Sequence record: MN101221.1
DNA length: 64,000 bases
Origin: Klebsiella phage KMI7
Strand: one strand, 5' to 3'
Positions 26,523-35,215 of the stretch are shown piece by piece. Each line of letters opens with the position of its first letter. Position 1 is the stretch's first letter. Under the pieces are notes generated by a model. That model saw nothing but the letters and a program-made list of their open reading frames with translations, was not told where the DNA came from and did no database searches. The position numbers and the translations under genes are program-made.

Positions 26523-27164
26523 TCAAATGATTTGTTTTTCTTCTAACAGCTTCGCGGTTGTATTAACCATACGAGCATAATCACGGGCTTCTTTCTTTGT
26601 ATACTTGAAACCAGCGTTATAGCTCGCAAGCGCCTTTTTCAAGTCGCCTTTGTGGTAATCAAGCCAGTACTCCAGTTCATAGATCGCATACTTCGATCCA
26701 CCTTGAAGAGTTTCGAGCTTTTTGATTACTACGCGTTTAGGATATGACTTATCCATTCGTGCGCTGGCGCTCCTTGCGGTAACTTGCCAGCATCCATAAG
26801 CGTGATGGCCTTTTTTACCTTTACCGACATTCTCACATGCGCGAGACTCAATCCAGGCAATAGCCGCTAAATGATAGCCTAAACGTTTAGCCTTATCTTT
26901 TTCTACAGGTTTTGCAGTCTTCAAATCATAGTTGTGTCCAACTCGATAAGCATACTCCAAAACCTCTTTCTGCTTCGGTGTGATATTATCCAAATCCTTG
27001 ATGTAGGATGGAGAATTTTTGTTTGCCGGAGGCTTTACAGTAGCCTTTTGTAAAGGCAATTGATGAGTAGGCAAATCCGCAATGAAATCCCCTAGCGGAT
27101 CCGTCGCAGCGTTGCCAGAAAAAGAGCACAAGAAAATGCTGGCAGCAATAATAATTTTCTTCAT
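26523..27164 (-). CDS. lytic transglycosylase (SLT domain) with cleavable Sec signal peptide
   Basis: Start MKKIIIAASIFLCSFSGNAA (AGGT SD). Catalytic motif AIAWIESR. About 213 aa. Confidence 0.7.
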   Translation of the reverse strand: MKKIIIAASIFLCSFSGNAATDPLGDFIADLPTHQLPLQKATVKPPANKNSPSYIKDLDNITPKQKEVLEYAYRVGHNYDLKTAKPVEKDKAKRLGYHLAAIAWIESRACENVGKGKKGHHAYGCWQVTARSASARMDKSYPKRVVIKKLETLQGGSKYAIYELEYWLDYHKGDLKKALASYNAGFKYTKKEARDYARMVNTTAKLLEEKQII

Positions 27165-27228
27165 TTTAATACCTATGTTGCAAAAAGAGGGGCAATAATA
27201 CACCCCACTTTATATTTATGCAACTATT

Positions 27229-27783
27229 TTAGATAGTTTTCGCGTCACGTAGTTTATCGTTGATAAACTCAGCAATGTTATAATTTGAAATAGCCTTGTT
27301 AGGATCGTATAGTGCAACAATTTCATCTAATGATACCATAACGGCATGTTTAAAATAGACACTCCAGCTAGTAGTAAAGATTTCTCTGTTGTCAAATCCA
27401 CAATCAGGGCTGAACAATGCGCGGTATTTGTACCCACTGTATTTCGTCAGACGATTCGTGCTGTGTGCATCACTGGTGATCAGAAATTTTCCCTGGTGAG
27501 TTTGAATGACGAAAAAGTATCCGAGGCGTTCTTTGTTGTCCAGCATCTTTTCAAACTTGCGATCGGTTTCTTCGCGAAAAATACGAGAAGTCAGCATTTC
27601 CAACACTTTATCGTATTCGGGCCAATCATTCTCGATCACGATCGCATCAAATGGTTTCTTACCATTAATCCCGCGCCCGATTTCGATTTTCGTGCAAATT
27701 TCGTTGAACGTTTTCAAATCTTCTGGCGTCAGTTCTTTAAGATCGCTCAATTTTGCTACATAATAACGTTTTTCTAGTTTCAT
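27229..27783 (-). CDS. hypothetical protein (184 aa)
   Basis: Long ORF with no motif recognised. Confidence 0.5.
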   Translation of the reverse strand: MKLEKRYYVAKLSDLKELTPEDLKTFNEICTKIEIGRGINGKKPFDAIVIENDWPEYDKVLEMLTSRIFREETDRKFEKMLDNKERLGYFFVIQTHQGKFLITSDAHSTNRLTKYSGYKYRALFSPDCGFDNREIFTTSWSVYFKHAVMVSLDEIVALYDPNKAISNYNIAEFINDKLRDAKTI

Positions 27784-27794
27784 TTATAGAAACC

Positions 27795-27998
27795 TCAATT
27801 CAAAAATAATTTCACAGAGTTACCACATTTGGGACATGTGATAAATTTTTTCACGACATAATCAGCAGCAGAGAAAAATCCATTGTAAATCGATTCTCTC
27901 TTTTGCTGTATATCAGATAGTTCATATTCTAACCCACTTTTACAGCAACTGCAAACAGTAATTAGTTTTGGGCTATGGATAACAGTAATCATATACAC
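27795..27998 (-). CDS. small zinc-ribbon protein (67 aa)
   Basis: CSCC...19 aa...CPKCG spacing suggests a C4 ribbon. Confidence 0.45.
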   Translation of the reverse strand: MYMITVIHSPKLITVCSCCKSGLEYELSDIQQKRESIYNGFFSAADYVVKKFITCPKCGNSVKLFLN

Positions 27999-28005
27999 CT
28001 CACAA

Positions 28006-28026
28006 AAAGGGGGCTTTCGCCCCCAT
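28006..28026. terminator. GC hairpin (GGGGGC-TTTC-GCCCCC)
   Basis: aaaaagggggctttcgccccca between the PhoH-like gene and the zinc-ribbon gene. Confidence 0.45.
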
Positions 28027-28028
28027 CA

Positions 28029-29372
28029 TTAGAAATTGTCTTCGACAAACGCCGCGAGACGGGAACGATACACTGTATCAAGAATGATATGGCTTGAGTG
28101 TTCGTATTCTTTCAGCTTTTCAACAGCCCATACAAACCCGTTGTTAACGGCAGTGTTTCGAGGGTTGTCGATCTGCTTAATGTTCCCGCATAGTATCAGA
28201 AGTGTGTTCTCTCCGCAACGAGAAATGATAGATTTAATTTCGTGGTTGCTAAGGTTTTGACATTCATCAACAATCAGCACAGAACCTTTGCCCGGATCCG
28301 GATGTCCGATACTGCGACCACGGAAGTAATACAGGCTAGGGAATTGCACCACCCCTTTTTCAATCAAACCTTCAATGTATTTTTCAGATTCCGGATTATC
28401 CTTAAACAGAATATTCAGGCTAGTAATACAAGGTTCGATAGAAGGCCGGAGTTTTTCGCCCAATGTACCAGGAAGGAAGCCGATTTCACTTGATAACGGG
28501 CTATCTGACTTCACATACATCAAGTTAGCGTAATGTCCACTATTAACCAGGTGCATAGCACCGGAAACAGCAAGCATTGTTTTACCAGAACCAGCGCCGC
28601 CCATAATGGTAGCAACATCGATTTCATTGCTCATAATGGATTCGACAAAAGCCGCTTGCAGAGAATCACGGGGCTGAATAGCTTTCATGAGTTTGCGTTT
28701 CATAGCCTGTTCGTGCTTAACAGGTAAGACATTCAAGCAAATCTCATCAGCAGTCACCACACGCCCGACTAACTCACCATTTGAGGTAATGTACTGGTTA
28801 GGATAAAAATCTTCGTCAGGAAGCGAACTGTAAGTGATTTGGGCTACATTATCTGTATATCCCAACACTTCTACGGTATCCCAGAAATCAGGGATCTCTA
28901 CATAACCGGAATACAATACATCGCTATCTTTTAACGTATCGTCGCCAGTATACTGTTCTACCTTACACCCACGGGACATTGCGATCAGCAACATCATAAT
29001 ATCGCGAGTAACTAAGGTTGCATCCTGTTGCATACAAGTTTCAATGATTCGTTCGTCTTGCTTGTCAAGAGCAAACGTTTTGTTTCCGACATAATCAACC
29101 ACTTTAAGGGTGATAGTGTCAGACAGTGCTGGGTTTGTCAGGTTTAAAGGAATACCTGATTTCGTAATCGCATCATATGACTGACCGAAAATAACTTTTG
29201 ACAGAAGCCGGATCGCCAATCGTGCTTCGTGCGCTGTTCGTTCTTTCGTTTTCAGGTGATCTAATTCACCCATAGTAGCAGAGGTAATAATGATTTCTGT
29301 ACCAGGTTGAGTGAATGAATAGATTGAATAGGGGTTCGAGACTAAAACGTTAGTGTCTAAAACATATTTCAT
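28029..29372 (-). CDS. phoH: PIN-domain / PhoH-like ATPase fusion
   Basis: N-terminal PIN (MKYVLDTNVL...D). P-loop GGAGSGKT in the C-terminal PhoH-type domain. 447 aa. Confidence 0.78.
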   Translation of the reverse strand: MKYVLDTNVLVSNPYSIYSFTQPGTEIIITSATMGELDHLKTKERTAHEARLAIRLLSKVIFGQSYDAITKSGIPLNLTNPALSDTITLKVVDYVGNKTFALDKQDERIIETCMQQDATLVTRDIMMLLIAMSRGCKVEQYTGDDTLKDSDVLYSGYVEIPDFWDTVEVLGYTDNVAQITYSSLPDEDFYPNQYITSNGELVGRVVTADEICLNVLPVKHEQAMKRKLMKAIQPRDSLQAAFVESIMSNEIDVATIMGGAGSGKTMLAVSGAMHLVNSGHYANLMYVKSDSPLSSEIGFLPGTLGEKLRPSIEPCITSLNILFKDNPESEKYIEGLIEKGVVQFPSLYYFRGRSIGHPDPGKGSVLIVDECQNLSNHEIKSIISRCGENTLLILCGNIKQIDNPRNTAVNNGFVWAVEKLKEYEHSSHIILDTVYRSRLAAFVEDNF

Positions 29373-29387
29373 AGAAAATTCCTGATT

Positions 29388-29412
29388 TGATTACGGGGTA
29401 CGCGGATTCGCA
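29388..29412 (-). other. 5'-UTR stem-loop upstream of PIN-PhoH gene
   Basis: Perfect 8-bp stem gtacgcgg/ccgcgtac with an 8-nt loop, immediately upstream of the PhoH SD. Confidence 0.4.
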
Positions 29413-29427
29413 CCCCGCGTACTGCAA

Positions 29428-29886
29428 TCACATACCCAGCGAAATTACGTGAATATATGCTAATGGGTGTCTCTTTTGTACACAATGCATGATTGTATTA
29501 TATACAATGTCCATGCGTTCATTGTGTGTGAGATCACACTCATCAAAAATAAGGTTTATTGCCTGGTGCTCTATTCGACGTCCACGGAAATGATTAAGAA
29601 TCGCCCCTTTACTGGTCAATACATCACATCCGGTAGCACCGTGTAGCCGTTTGGCTTCTTGTGCTGCATTTAACGTATGCGCTACGTAAATGTTAAGGGA
29701 ACTATGGGAACGTTTCATAAAATCAAACGCACCTTTAGTCTTTTGTGTTCTTCTACCCAGATCCAACCTGGTTTCAAATACCATAAAATCGTTAGGGCCG
29801 TAATTATGCGTTGGTTCTTCCAACTCTCGCATAAGATGCATCTTACGACATTCTTCAATTGTCTTTACATAAAATTCACTATTCAT
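29428..29886 (-). CDS. hypothetical protein (152 aa)
   Basis: ORF followed by hairpin 29898-29915. Confidence 0.5.
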   Translation of the reverse strand: MNSEFYVKTIEECRKMHLMRELEEPTHNYGPNDFMVFETRLDLGRRTQKTKGAFDFMKRSHSSLNIYVAHTLNAAQEAKRLHGATGCDVLTSKGAILNHFRGRRIEHQAINLIFDECDLTHNERMDIVYNTIMHCVQKRHPLAYIHVISLGM

Positions 29887-29897
29887 GTTTTACCTTT

Positions 29898-29915
29898 AAG
29901 GGGCCAAAGCCCCTT
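29898..29915. other. GC hairpin aaggggccaaagcccctt
   Basis: Between the endolysin start and the stop of the upstream gene. Confidence 0.45.
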
Positions 29916-29917
29916 TG

Positions 29918-30313
29918 TTACGCTAATTCCACATGCGGGGCATCAATGAATTTTGTTTCGATCGGAAGGTTCGGATCATTTTTCCAGTTGATACCAAAAC
30001 GCAGTTTAACACCCAGTTCATCACCTGCTTGTTTAACAGCATTCAGGACAGGCAACCACACTTTAGGGTTTGTTTGCCAGCCTTGAGGCAATACGCTAGG
30101 ATACAGATCCACAGCATCACCAGTGATGTGTTTTGAGTTCATTGTTTGAGATACACCCTTACGGACGTTCTCGCGCTGTTGTTCAACAGTACGCAGACCT
30201 TCACGTACACCAAAATCAACAGGAGACAGTTGCAGAGCACGTTCTACAACTTTCACCAGTTGAGGTTTAACACCTTTAAGGTTGTTAAGGCTTTTTTGAC
30301 TGAATTTAAACAT
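29918..30313 (-). CDS. endolysin, L-alanyl-D-glutamate peptidase (peptidase M15, phage T5 Lys type)
   Basis: 131 aa. Collinear with my recall of the T5 endolysin: MFKFS..., SKHITGDAVD, LGVKLRFG, C-terminal APHVELA. Confidence 0.85.
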   Translation of the reverse strand: MFKFSQKSLNNLKGVKPQLVKVVERALQLSPVDFGVREGLRTVEQQRENVRKGVSQTMNSKHITGDAVDLYPSVLPQGWQTNPKVWLPVLNAVKQAGDELGVKLRFGINWKNDPNLPIETKFIDAPHVELA

Positions 30314-30380
30314 AAATCACCTCTTGTAAAAATACCCTGTTTGGGTACACAGGGTATTTATGGTTTAAGAGGTTCGATAA

Positions 30381-30782
30381 TTAATAATCGTAAAGATCAC
30401 CGAAGCATAATTCAAATTCACGTTTACGTTTCATCTGTTCTTCTTTTCTCTCTTTCATATCAGAAGGGAGACGATCTTCATTGACTTCATCAATGTACGC
30501 TTGTGCATCCTCTTTTGTTAGAAAGAATGCATGGAAGTTATATCTGTTACGCCCATTCATACTACGGTCGTCAAGAGAGAATTGAGTGTGACAGTCCCAG
30601 TCATCAAACAGGGTGATGCATTTTGCAAACAGCCCTATACCGCGATTCATATAAGGGAAGCCAGTAACAATCATCTTGTTACCCATTTCCGCTTTTTCAC
30701 CGTCCACGCAGAATACTTCATACATGATCGCACCTGGTTTAACATCTTTCTTAACAGCACGTTTTTCAAAAGCACTTTTCAT
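30381..30782 (-). CDS. hypothetical protein (133 aa)
   Basis: ORF. No TM segment and no motif. Confidence 0.5.
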   Translation of the reverse strand: MKSAFEKRAVKKDVKPGAIMYEVFCVDGEKAEMGNKMIVTGFPYMNRGIGLFAKCITLFDDWDCHTQFSLDDRSMNGRNRYNFHAFFLTKEDAQAYIDEVNEDRLPSDMKERKEEQMKRKREFELCFGDLYDY

Positions 30783-30836
30783 AATATATTCCTCTCAATT
30801 GGTGTAACTACAGGTTACTTGTTTATTTTCTGGATG

Positions 30837-31160
30837 TCAACAAGGTTTATCGTTTTTTGACGGAAAAGTTAGAGTGAACAAACGATCGTGAAGGTTGTCT
30901 ATCCGTTCACAAGCCTGTTTCAGTATGGTTTTATCACCATCATTTGTTGTTTCAATGCATCCAAGTTCATCGGCGTCAATGTTCACTACATCGCTCATCA
31001 ATGAAGCAAACACGTTAGCATCAGGATGTAACAGTTCTTCGATTTCGGCCTTCATGCCGTCGTGTTCAGAAAGGATATCAATAATATCGCGGGTTAAGTC
31101 TCCCTGGTACGGGAACCCCGTTTCTAAATGATTAATGATCCTTTGTGCTTTCGTAATCAT
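30837..31160 (-). CDS. hypothetical acidic protein (107 aa)
   Basis: ORF followed by hairpin 31173-31196. Confidence 0.45.
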   Translation of the reverse strand: MITKAQRIINHLETGFPYQGDLTRDIIDILSEHDGMKAEIEELLHPDANVFASLMSDVVNIDADELGCIETTNDGDKTILKQACERIDNLHDRLFTLTFPSKNDKPC

Positions 31161-31172
31161 AATTTTACCTAC

Positions 31173-31196
31173 AAAAAAGCCCCTTTCGGGGCTAGT
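31173..31196. terminator. bidirectional terminator aaaaaagcccctttcggggct
   Basis: An A-run precedes the hairpin and a T-rich tract follows. Confidence 0.5.
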
Positions 31197-31199
31197 TAA

Positions 31200-31463
31200 T
31201 TAAAGTTCACAGCAACGGCACACACCGTATTTTGTAAATGGAGCATCACCGCTAACATAGGCCCAGAAATCACATGCTTCTTCGGCAGTATCGAAGATTG
31301 CAGCATCATAGAACCCGTGGGCTTCGTTACCGTTCTCATCGATGAAAACCGGAGTCCAGATATTAGGATTGAAGCAATCGTCAACAACAACCCAACCTTC
31401 TTTAGCTTTCATTGCTTCTTTGTTGGCTTCGATGTGAGCTAAGATTTCGTTCATGATGTCCAT
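31200..31463 (-). CDS. hypothetical protein (87 aa), C-terminal CRCC
   Basis: ORF. Confidence 0.45.
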   Translation of the reverse strand: MDIMNEILAHIEANKEAMKAKEGWVVVDDCFNPNIWTPVFIDENGNEAHGFYDAAIFDTAEEACDFWAYVSGDAPFTKYGVCRCCEL

Positions 31464-31532
31464 TTTTCTCTCCTAAAGTGCGTTTCGTTTCGACAGGGCT
31501 ATAGTCTCATAACCCCGTATCTACGTCAACAC

Positions 31533-31793
31533 TTATTTGAAGCGAATTGTGCTATTTTTGAAAAATAATCCAGAGCACACAGCACCTTCAATTTTCACCC
31601 CTGTAGGACTTTTAGCAACGAACCCTGTTGCATAGGTGTCTTTCTCATCACATGCAAACCAGGCGTGGCCTGTGTACGTGATATCGGTAAACCCGTTAGC
31701 AGTCAGAATACGTTCGGCTTCTTTCTCATCGGTGCATCCGGCTTGTGCTAAAACGACAATGACGACTAACACCAAAGCAATAATATATTTCAT
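31533..31793 (-). CDS. putative lipoprotein / signal-peptide small protein (86 aa)
   Basis: MKYIIALVLVVIVVLAQAGC is a signal peptide with a lipobox-like AGC. Confidence 0.5.
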   Translation of the reverse strand: MKYIIALVLVVIVVLAQAGCTDEKEAERILTANGFTDITYTGHAWFACDEKDTYATGFVAKSPTGVKIEGAVCSGLFFKNSTIRFK

Positions 31794-31794
31794 G

Positions 31795-32226
31795 TTAAAC
31801 TCTTTTTAAGTTGGTTTTACTGGCTTCAATCCAGTACACGGGATCAGAATAGTTACCGCACATACCCAGTAACACAGTTGTACATCCTAAATGATCGGAA
31901 GGTCTCAATCCATCAGGATGAAAAGGCAATTCGTTAACACCGATACTGGTAGCAAAAAGAGCACCTCCAGTACTGTAAAATGTTTTGATATGATCGTATG
32001 CATCATCAGGCCACTGAAAACGATAAGTTTTATTGTCAATGGTTACTGTATACATATCATATTCCGTAAACAACGGATCTTTTCCTTGTGTTGCCCCATA
32101 CAGAGCGCCGCGCCATTCAACCAGATTTGCTTCAATGTCGCTTACACAAATTTTGTTACCCATACGCAAATCATGAAGGATCCCTTCAATGGTACGAATA
32201 GCCCCGCTAAGTTCATTAGTTAACAT
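31795..32226 (-). CDS. hypothetical protein (about 143 aa)
   Basis: Start trimmed to MLTNEL, which has an AAGGAA SD and removes the overlap with the upstream gene. Confidence 0.45.
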   Translation of the reverse strand: MLTNELSGAIRTIEGILHDLRMGNKICVSDIEANLVEWRGALYGATQGKDPLFTEYDMYTVTIDNKTYRFQWPDDAYDHIKTFYSTGGALFATSIGVNELPFHPDGLRPSDHLGCTTVLLGMCGNYSDPVYWIEASKTNLKRV

Positions 32227-32236
32227 AGAGTTTCCT

Positions 32237-32491
32237 TTAAAGTCTTTCCAGCATATCAGGCCCGAATGCCATAACAAAAGAACCCCTCAACGCTTGCCAC
32301 TTTTTATGGAGGCGCTTAGGTACGTTTACTTGCAAACGATCCATTTTACGAATAAGTTCTAATGCATCGTTGCTTGTGATTTCATTGTAACCTGGATTTA
32401 TTGTTGCGATCCCATATCTAAACGCCATTCCAGCTTCGGTATTTCCAACAAAAACAGAGGCTTTCATTTCATCAAAAGATTGTTCAAACAT
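32237..32491 (-). CDS. hypothetical protein (84 aa)
   Basis: ORF with an AAGGAA SD. Confidence 0.4.
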   Translation of the reverse strand: MFEQSFDEMKASVFVGNTEAGMAFRYGIATINPGYNEITSNDALELIRKMDRLQVNVPKRLHKKWQALRGSFVMAFGPDMLERL

Positions 32492-32504
32492 GAGATCAGT
32501 TCCT

Positions 32505-32678
32505 TTAAATTGGTTTAATGGTTTTCAGGTGTAGTTTAGCATAAGAAGAACCAAATGAGTTACCATTATGATCAAACTTATGTTCTTCACTCTTCCAGTA
32601 TTTCCCCGATTTCATCAAGGGTATACGCTTCTTACCTGCTGTTATCGTTTCAACCATTCCGGTATGTGTAAAAATCAT
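32505..32678 (-). CDS. small protein (57 aa), not in the ORF track
   Basis: I translated it by hand: MIFTHTGMVETITAGKKRIP... Strong AGAGGGA SD. Its ATG overlaps the upstream stop as ATGA. Confidence 0.35.
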   Translation of the reverse strand: MIFTHTGMVETITAGKKRIPLMKSGKYWKSEEHKFDHNGNSFGSSYAKLHLKTIKPI

Positions 32679-33028
32679 ACAAATCCCTCTTCTTCAAGCA
32701 CTTCCCAGATCAGCTTATCAAGGTGCATCAGGTTCCACATAACAGAGTCATAAGAACCAAGTGAGCGGGAGTAAATCACTCCCCATGAACGATACGCCTT
32801 TTGGAATCCCTCTGCACTATCTACATCATACGGCATATCATCACCGGAAGCAATCAAAAGTTTTAGGATCATCAGACTATTGATCGCCTTTGGCGTGAAT
32901 TCTTGCTCGCTTAACTTCATAGCATATCGTTCAATAATTTCTATTGACTTTGATTCTTTGATACGAGAATCTTCTTTGCGTTTGTAGTAGCGACTCATCA
33001 ATTCATCAACGGCGGCTGTGCATTTCAT
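32675..33028 (-). CDS. hypothetical protein (117 aa)
   Basis: ORF coupled to its neighbours. Confidence 0.45.
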   Translation of the reverse strand: MKCTAAVDELMSRYYKRKEDSRIKESKSIEIIERYAMKLSEQEFTPKAINSLMILKLLIASGDDMPYDVDSAEGFQKAYRSWGVIYSRSLGSYDSVMWNLMHLDKLIWEVLEEEGFV

Positions 33029-33356
33029 ACATTCTTTCCTTCTGTTCTGTGCTCATACCATACAACTGAGAGCGTATACGGTCTTGTATGCGGCGTGTTT
33101 CGTTTTGCATCAGTTGGTTTGAAAGAATCAAATCGACTACCGCGCCGCGAACTTTCCATAGATAATCAATCATCGCCATATCTTCATCGGTATGGAAACC
33201 CTTCGCATCACATTCATAGATAATGCTTTGCCTTTCCGCCATTGCCATTTCTGCTGTTGCCGGAGTAGCCAGAGAATATTCATACTTCTCGATCAACGAT
33301 TCCAGTGTACGCGGTTTTTCGGGAATGTCAACCACTAAAGGATTAATTGGGTTCAT
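33006..33356 (-). CDS. hypothetical protein (116 aa)
   Basis: ORF. Its start overlaps the stop of the Fe-S protein gene by 4 nt. Confidence 0.45.
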   Translation of the reverse strand: MNPINPLVVDIPEKPRTLESLIEKYEYSLATPATAEMAMAERQSIIYECDAKGFHTDEDMAMIDYLWKVRGAVVDLILSNQLMQNETRRIQDRIRSQLYGMSTEQKERMYEMHSRR

Positions 33357-34615
33357 TTCAATTCCACCGCGTATACATCCAATTCAGGGGCTTTGTGTAC
33401 GCGCATATCTTTACCACATACCGCATAAGCCGGACAGTTACGGCAACCGTTATGATCCTTGTTACCGATCAATTCCTGACGGAATTTCTTAGTTTTCGGA
33501 TGTTCCCAGATATCTTTGATAAAATCACTGGCTTCCAGGACGTTAAGCCCTTCTGACCATCCACCCTCGACCCAACGTTCGGTAAATGAACAAGGGAAGA
33601 ATTCACCCTTCTCGTTGATGTACGAGCTAAACATAGTAGCTTCACAATCTTCCGCATACTGTTTGTATTGTTCAAAATTTTCATGCCCTTCCATAGCCTC
33701 TACAAAGGCCGGAGCGGAACAGGAATCAAAACCGAACCCTACACCGGATTCAAGGCAATAATCTACCAGCGCTTTATACTGCTCGCGTGTAACGGTATCC
33801 CAGTTCTTCCCACGGCCTTTTTGTTTCAGACCCAGGAATACGATCGCGTTAACTTGCTTCAAGCGCGGATCATTCTTCACAGCATCAACCACGTTAAACG
33901 CGTCATCATAGGTTTTAGAGCTAACCATGAAATGAAGGTTGATTTGCTGTTGTCCGGCTTCTGCCAGATTAGCCACTGAATTAAACGCTACATCGAATCC
34001 AGCATGTTTGTATACTGATACCGCAACAGCCCCAGCAACAGCCGCTAAACGCGCTGCAACGTCTTTTGATACATCAGCAATGGTAAGGTTTGGTACAATG
34101 CCTTTAGAACGCGCATAGGCCATCATATCAAACATATCAGGGTTTGTTTGTCCCTGTGCATCAGCACCGAGGGCGCATTGTGTTAACCAGGGCATTTTAT
34201 CAATGATAGATTTGAATGTATCAAGATCCATATTGAAGCCGTTAGGGTTATTAGACTTGTAGCAGAAACCGCAAAGTTTACCAGCGGGGCCATTGCATTT
34301 AGTTGTGATCTCGATATCGAGAATTTCGGGGAATGGGGCATAGGTAGGATCAGTTTCAAACGATGTTCCCCAGCGAGCAAACTCACCAGTTTTAACGTTG
34401 AAATTGTAGTTATACCACTTAGAGCGAGCGTAACGGATATCACCATCTTGATAGATGAACAGGGTAGGAGCTTTCAGAACAGTTTGTGCGTTATTCATAA
34501 TATAATTCTCAAAATCTAACATGGGATTGGAAGACAGCGCGAGCGAGACTTTCATTATCAAACGGTATTGATTGGTGTTGCCCTTTGCTATCGATGTTAA
34601 CGCGCCAAAATTCAC
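33353..34615 (-). CDS. cysteine-rich protein with radical-SAM-like CX7CX2C triad and SPASM/twitch-like C-terminal cysteine cluster (putative Fe-S enzyme)
   Basis: TTKCNGPAGKLCGFCY near residue 115. C-terminal CSAPAF, FFPCSF and GCRNCPAYAVCGKD. The ORF-track start is a GTG. ATG alternatives are 34555 or 34498, giving 381-420 aa. Confidence 0.45.
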   Translation of the reverse strand: MNFGALTSIAKGNTNQYRLIMKVSLALSSNPMLDFENYIMNNAQTVLKAPTLFIYQDGDIRYARSKWYNYNFNVKTGEFARWGTSFETDPTYAPFPEILDIEITTKCNGPAGKLCGFCYKSNNPNGFNMDLDTFKSIIDKMPWLTQCALGADAQGQTNPDMFDMMAYARSKGIVPNLTIADVSKDVAARLAAVAGAVAVSVYKHAGFDVAFNSVANLAEAGQQQINLHFMVSSKTYDDAFNVVDAVKNDPRLKQVNAIVFLGLKQKGRGKNWDTVTREQYKALVDYCLESGVGFGFDSCSAPAFVEAMEGHENFEQYKQYAEDCEATMFSSYINEKGEFFPCSFTERWVEGGWSEGLNVLEASDFIKDIWEHPKTKKFRQELIGNKDHNGCRNCPAYAVCGKDMRVHKAPELDVYAVELK

Positions 34616-34724
34616 TAGAACAATTTTCAGTGGAGTAGTTCAACAGCGTTACCGTTTTATTCTTTTCCAAAAATACGCGTTTGTCAATCTCTGTTTTGAT
34701 TACGTGTTCCATCATTTTACCCAC
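34509..34724 (-). CDS. hypothetical small protein (71 aa)
   Basis: ORF with no SD. Overlaps the long-start version of the Fe-S gene. Status uncertain. Confidence 0.3.
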   Translation of the reverse strand: MGKMMEHVIKTEIDKRVFLEKNKTVTLLNYSTENCSSEFWRVNIDSKGQHQSIPFDNESLARAVFQSHVRF

Positions 34725-34969
34725 CGTTGTTTGCGTTCGTCAGCCAGTTCTTTTTTGTACACCTTGATGTATTCGCCGTTCAAGGCACGGAGATTTGAAA
34801 ATACACGATTGAAAAGATTTTTCTTTTCTTTGTATGCCGGAGACATACGGATCGATTCAATAGTCATACCCATTTCATTTTTAGGATACGCTCTTAACTC
34901 TGCGCCGATCTCATCAATCCATTTTTGGTACTGATCGCGCTGTGCTTTGTACTGTTCAAAAGTCAACAT
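34712..34969 (-). CDS. hypothetical protein (85 aa)
   Basis: ORF. Confidence 0.45.
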   Translation of the reverse strand: MLTFEQYKAQRDQYQKWIDEIGAELRAYPKNEMGMTIESIRMSPAYKEKKNLFNRVFSNLRALNGEYIKVYKKELADERKQRWVK

Positions 34970-34976
34970 AACAACC

Positions 34977-35150
34977 TCACTTCATTTTAGCAATGTATTT
35001 GTCAATACTCATGTAAACGCGGGTATACATTACAGCAGCGTGACGGTCGAAGAATCTTTCCCACCATTCCAGCGCTTCCGCTTTAGAAGGTTTCGCGCCC
35101 AGGGCATCGTGCATTTTGGCTTTGATTTCTGTTACTGTCAACATGTCCAT
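34977..35150 (-). CDS. small protein (57 aa), not in the ORF track
   Basis: I translated it by hand: MDMLTVTEIKAKMHDALGAKPSK... GGGGA SD. Confidence 0.35.
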   Translation of the reverse strand: MDMLTVTEIKAKMHDALGAKPSKAEALEWWERFFDRHAAVMYTRVYMSIDKYIAKMK

Positions 35151-35215
35151 TTTTATCCCCGTTTCGTTTCGGTATGGGTGTAAGATAACATCATCCTACA
35201 CCCAGCGCAAGCATT

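Noticed and set aside
31533-31793. o-spanin (Rz1-like) assignment for the small lipoprotein
   Set aside because: Not proline-rich, no adjacent i-spanin or holin, and the lipobox is only approximate. Kept as a generic lipoprotein candidate.
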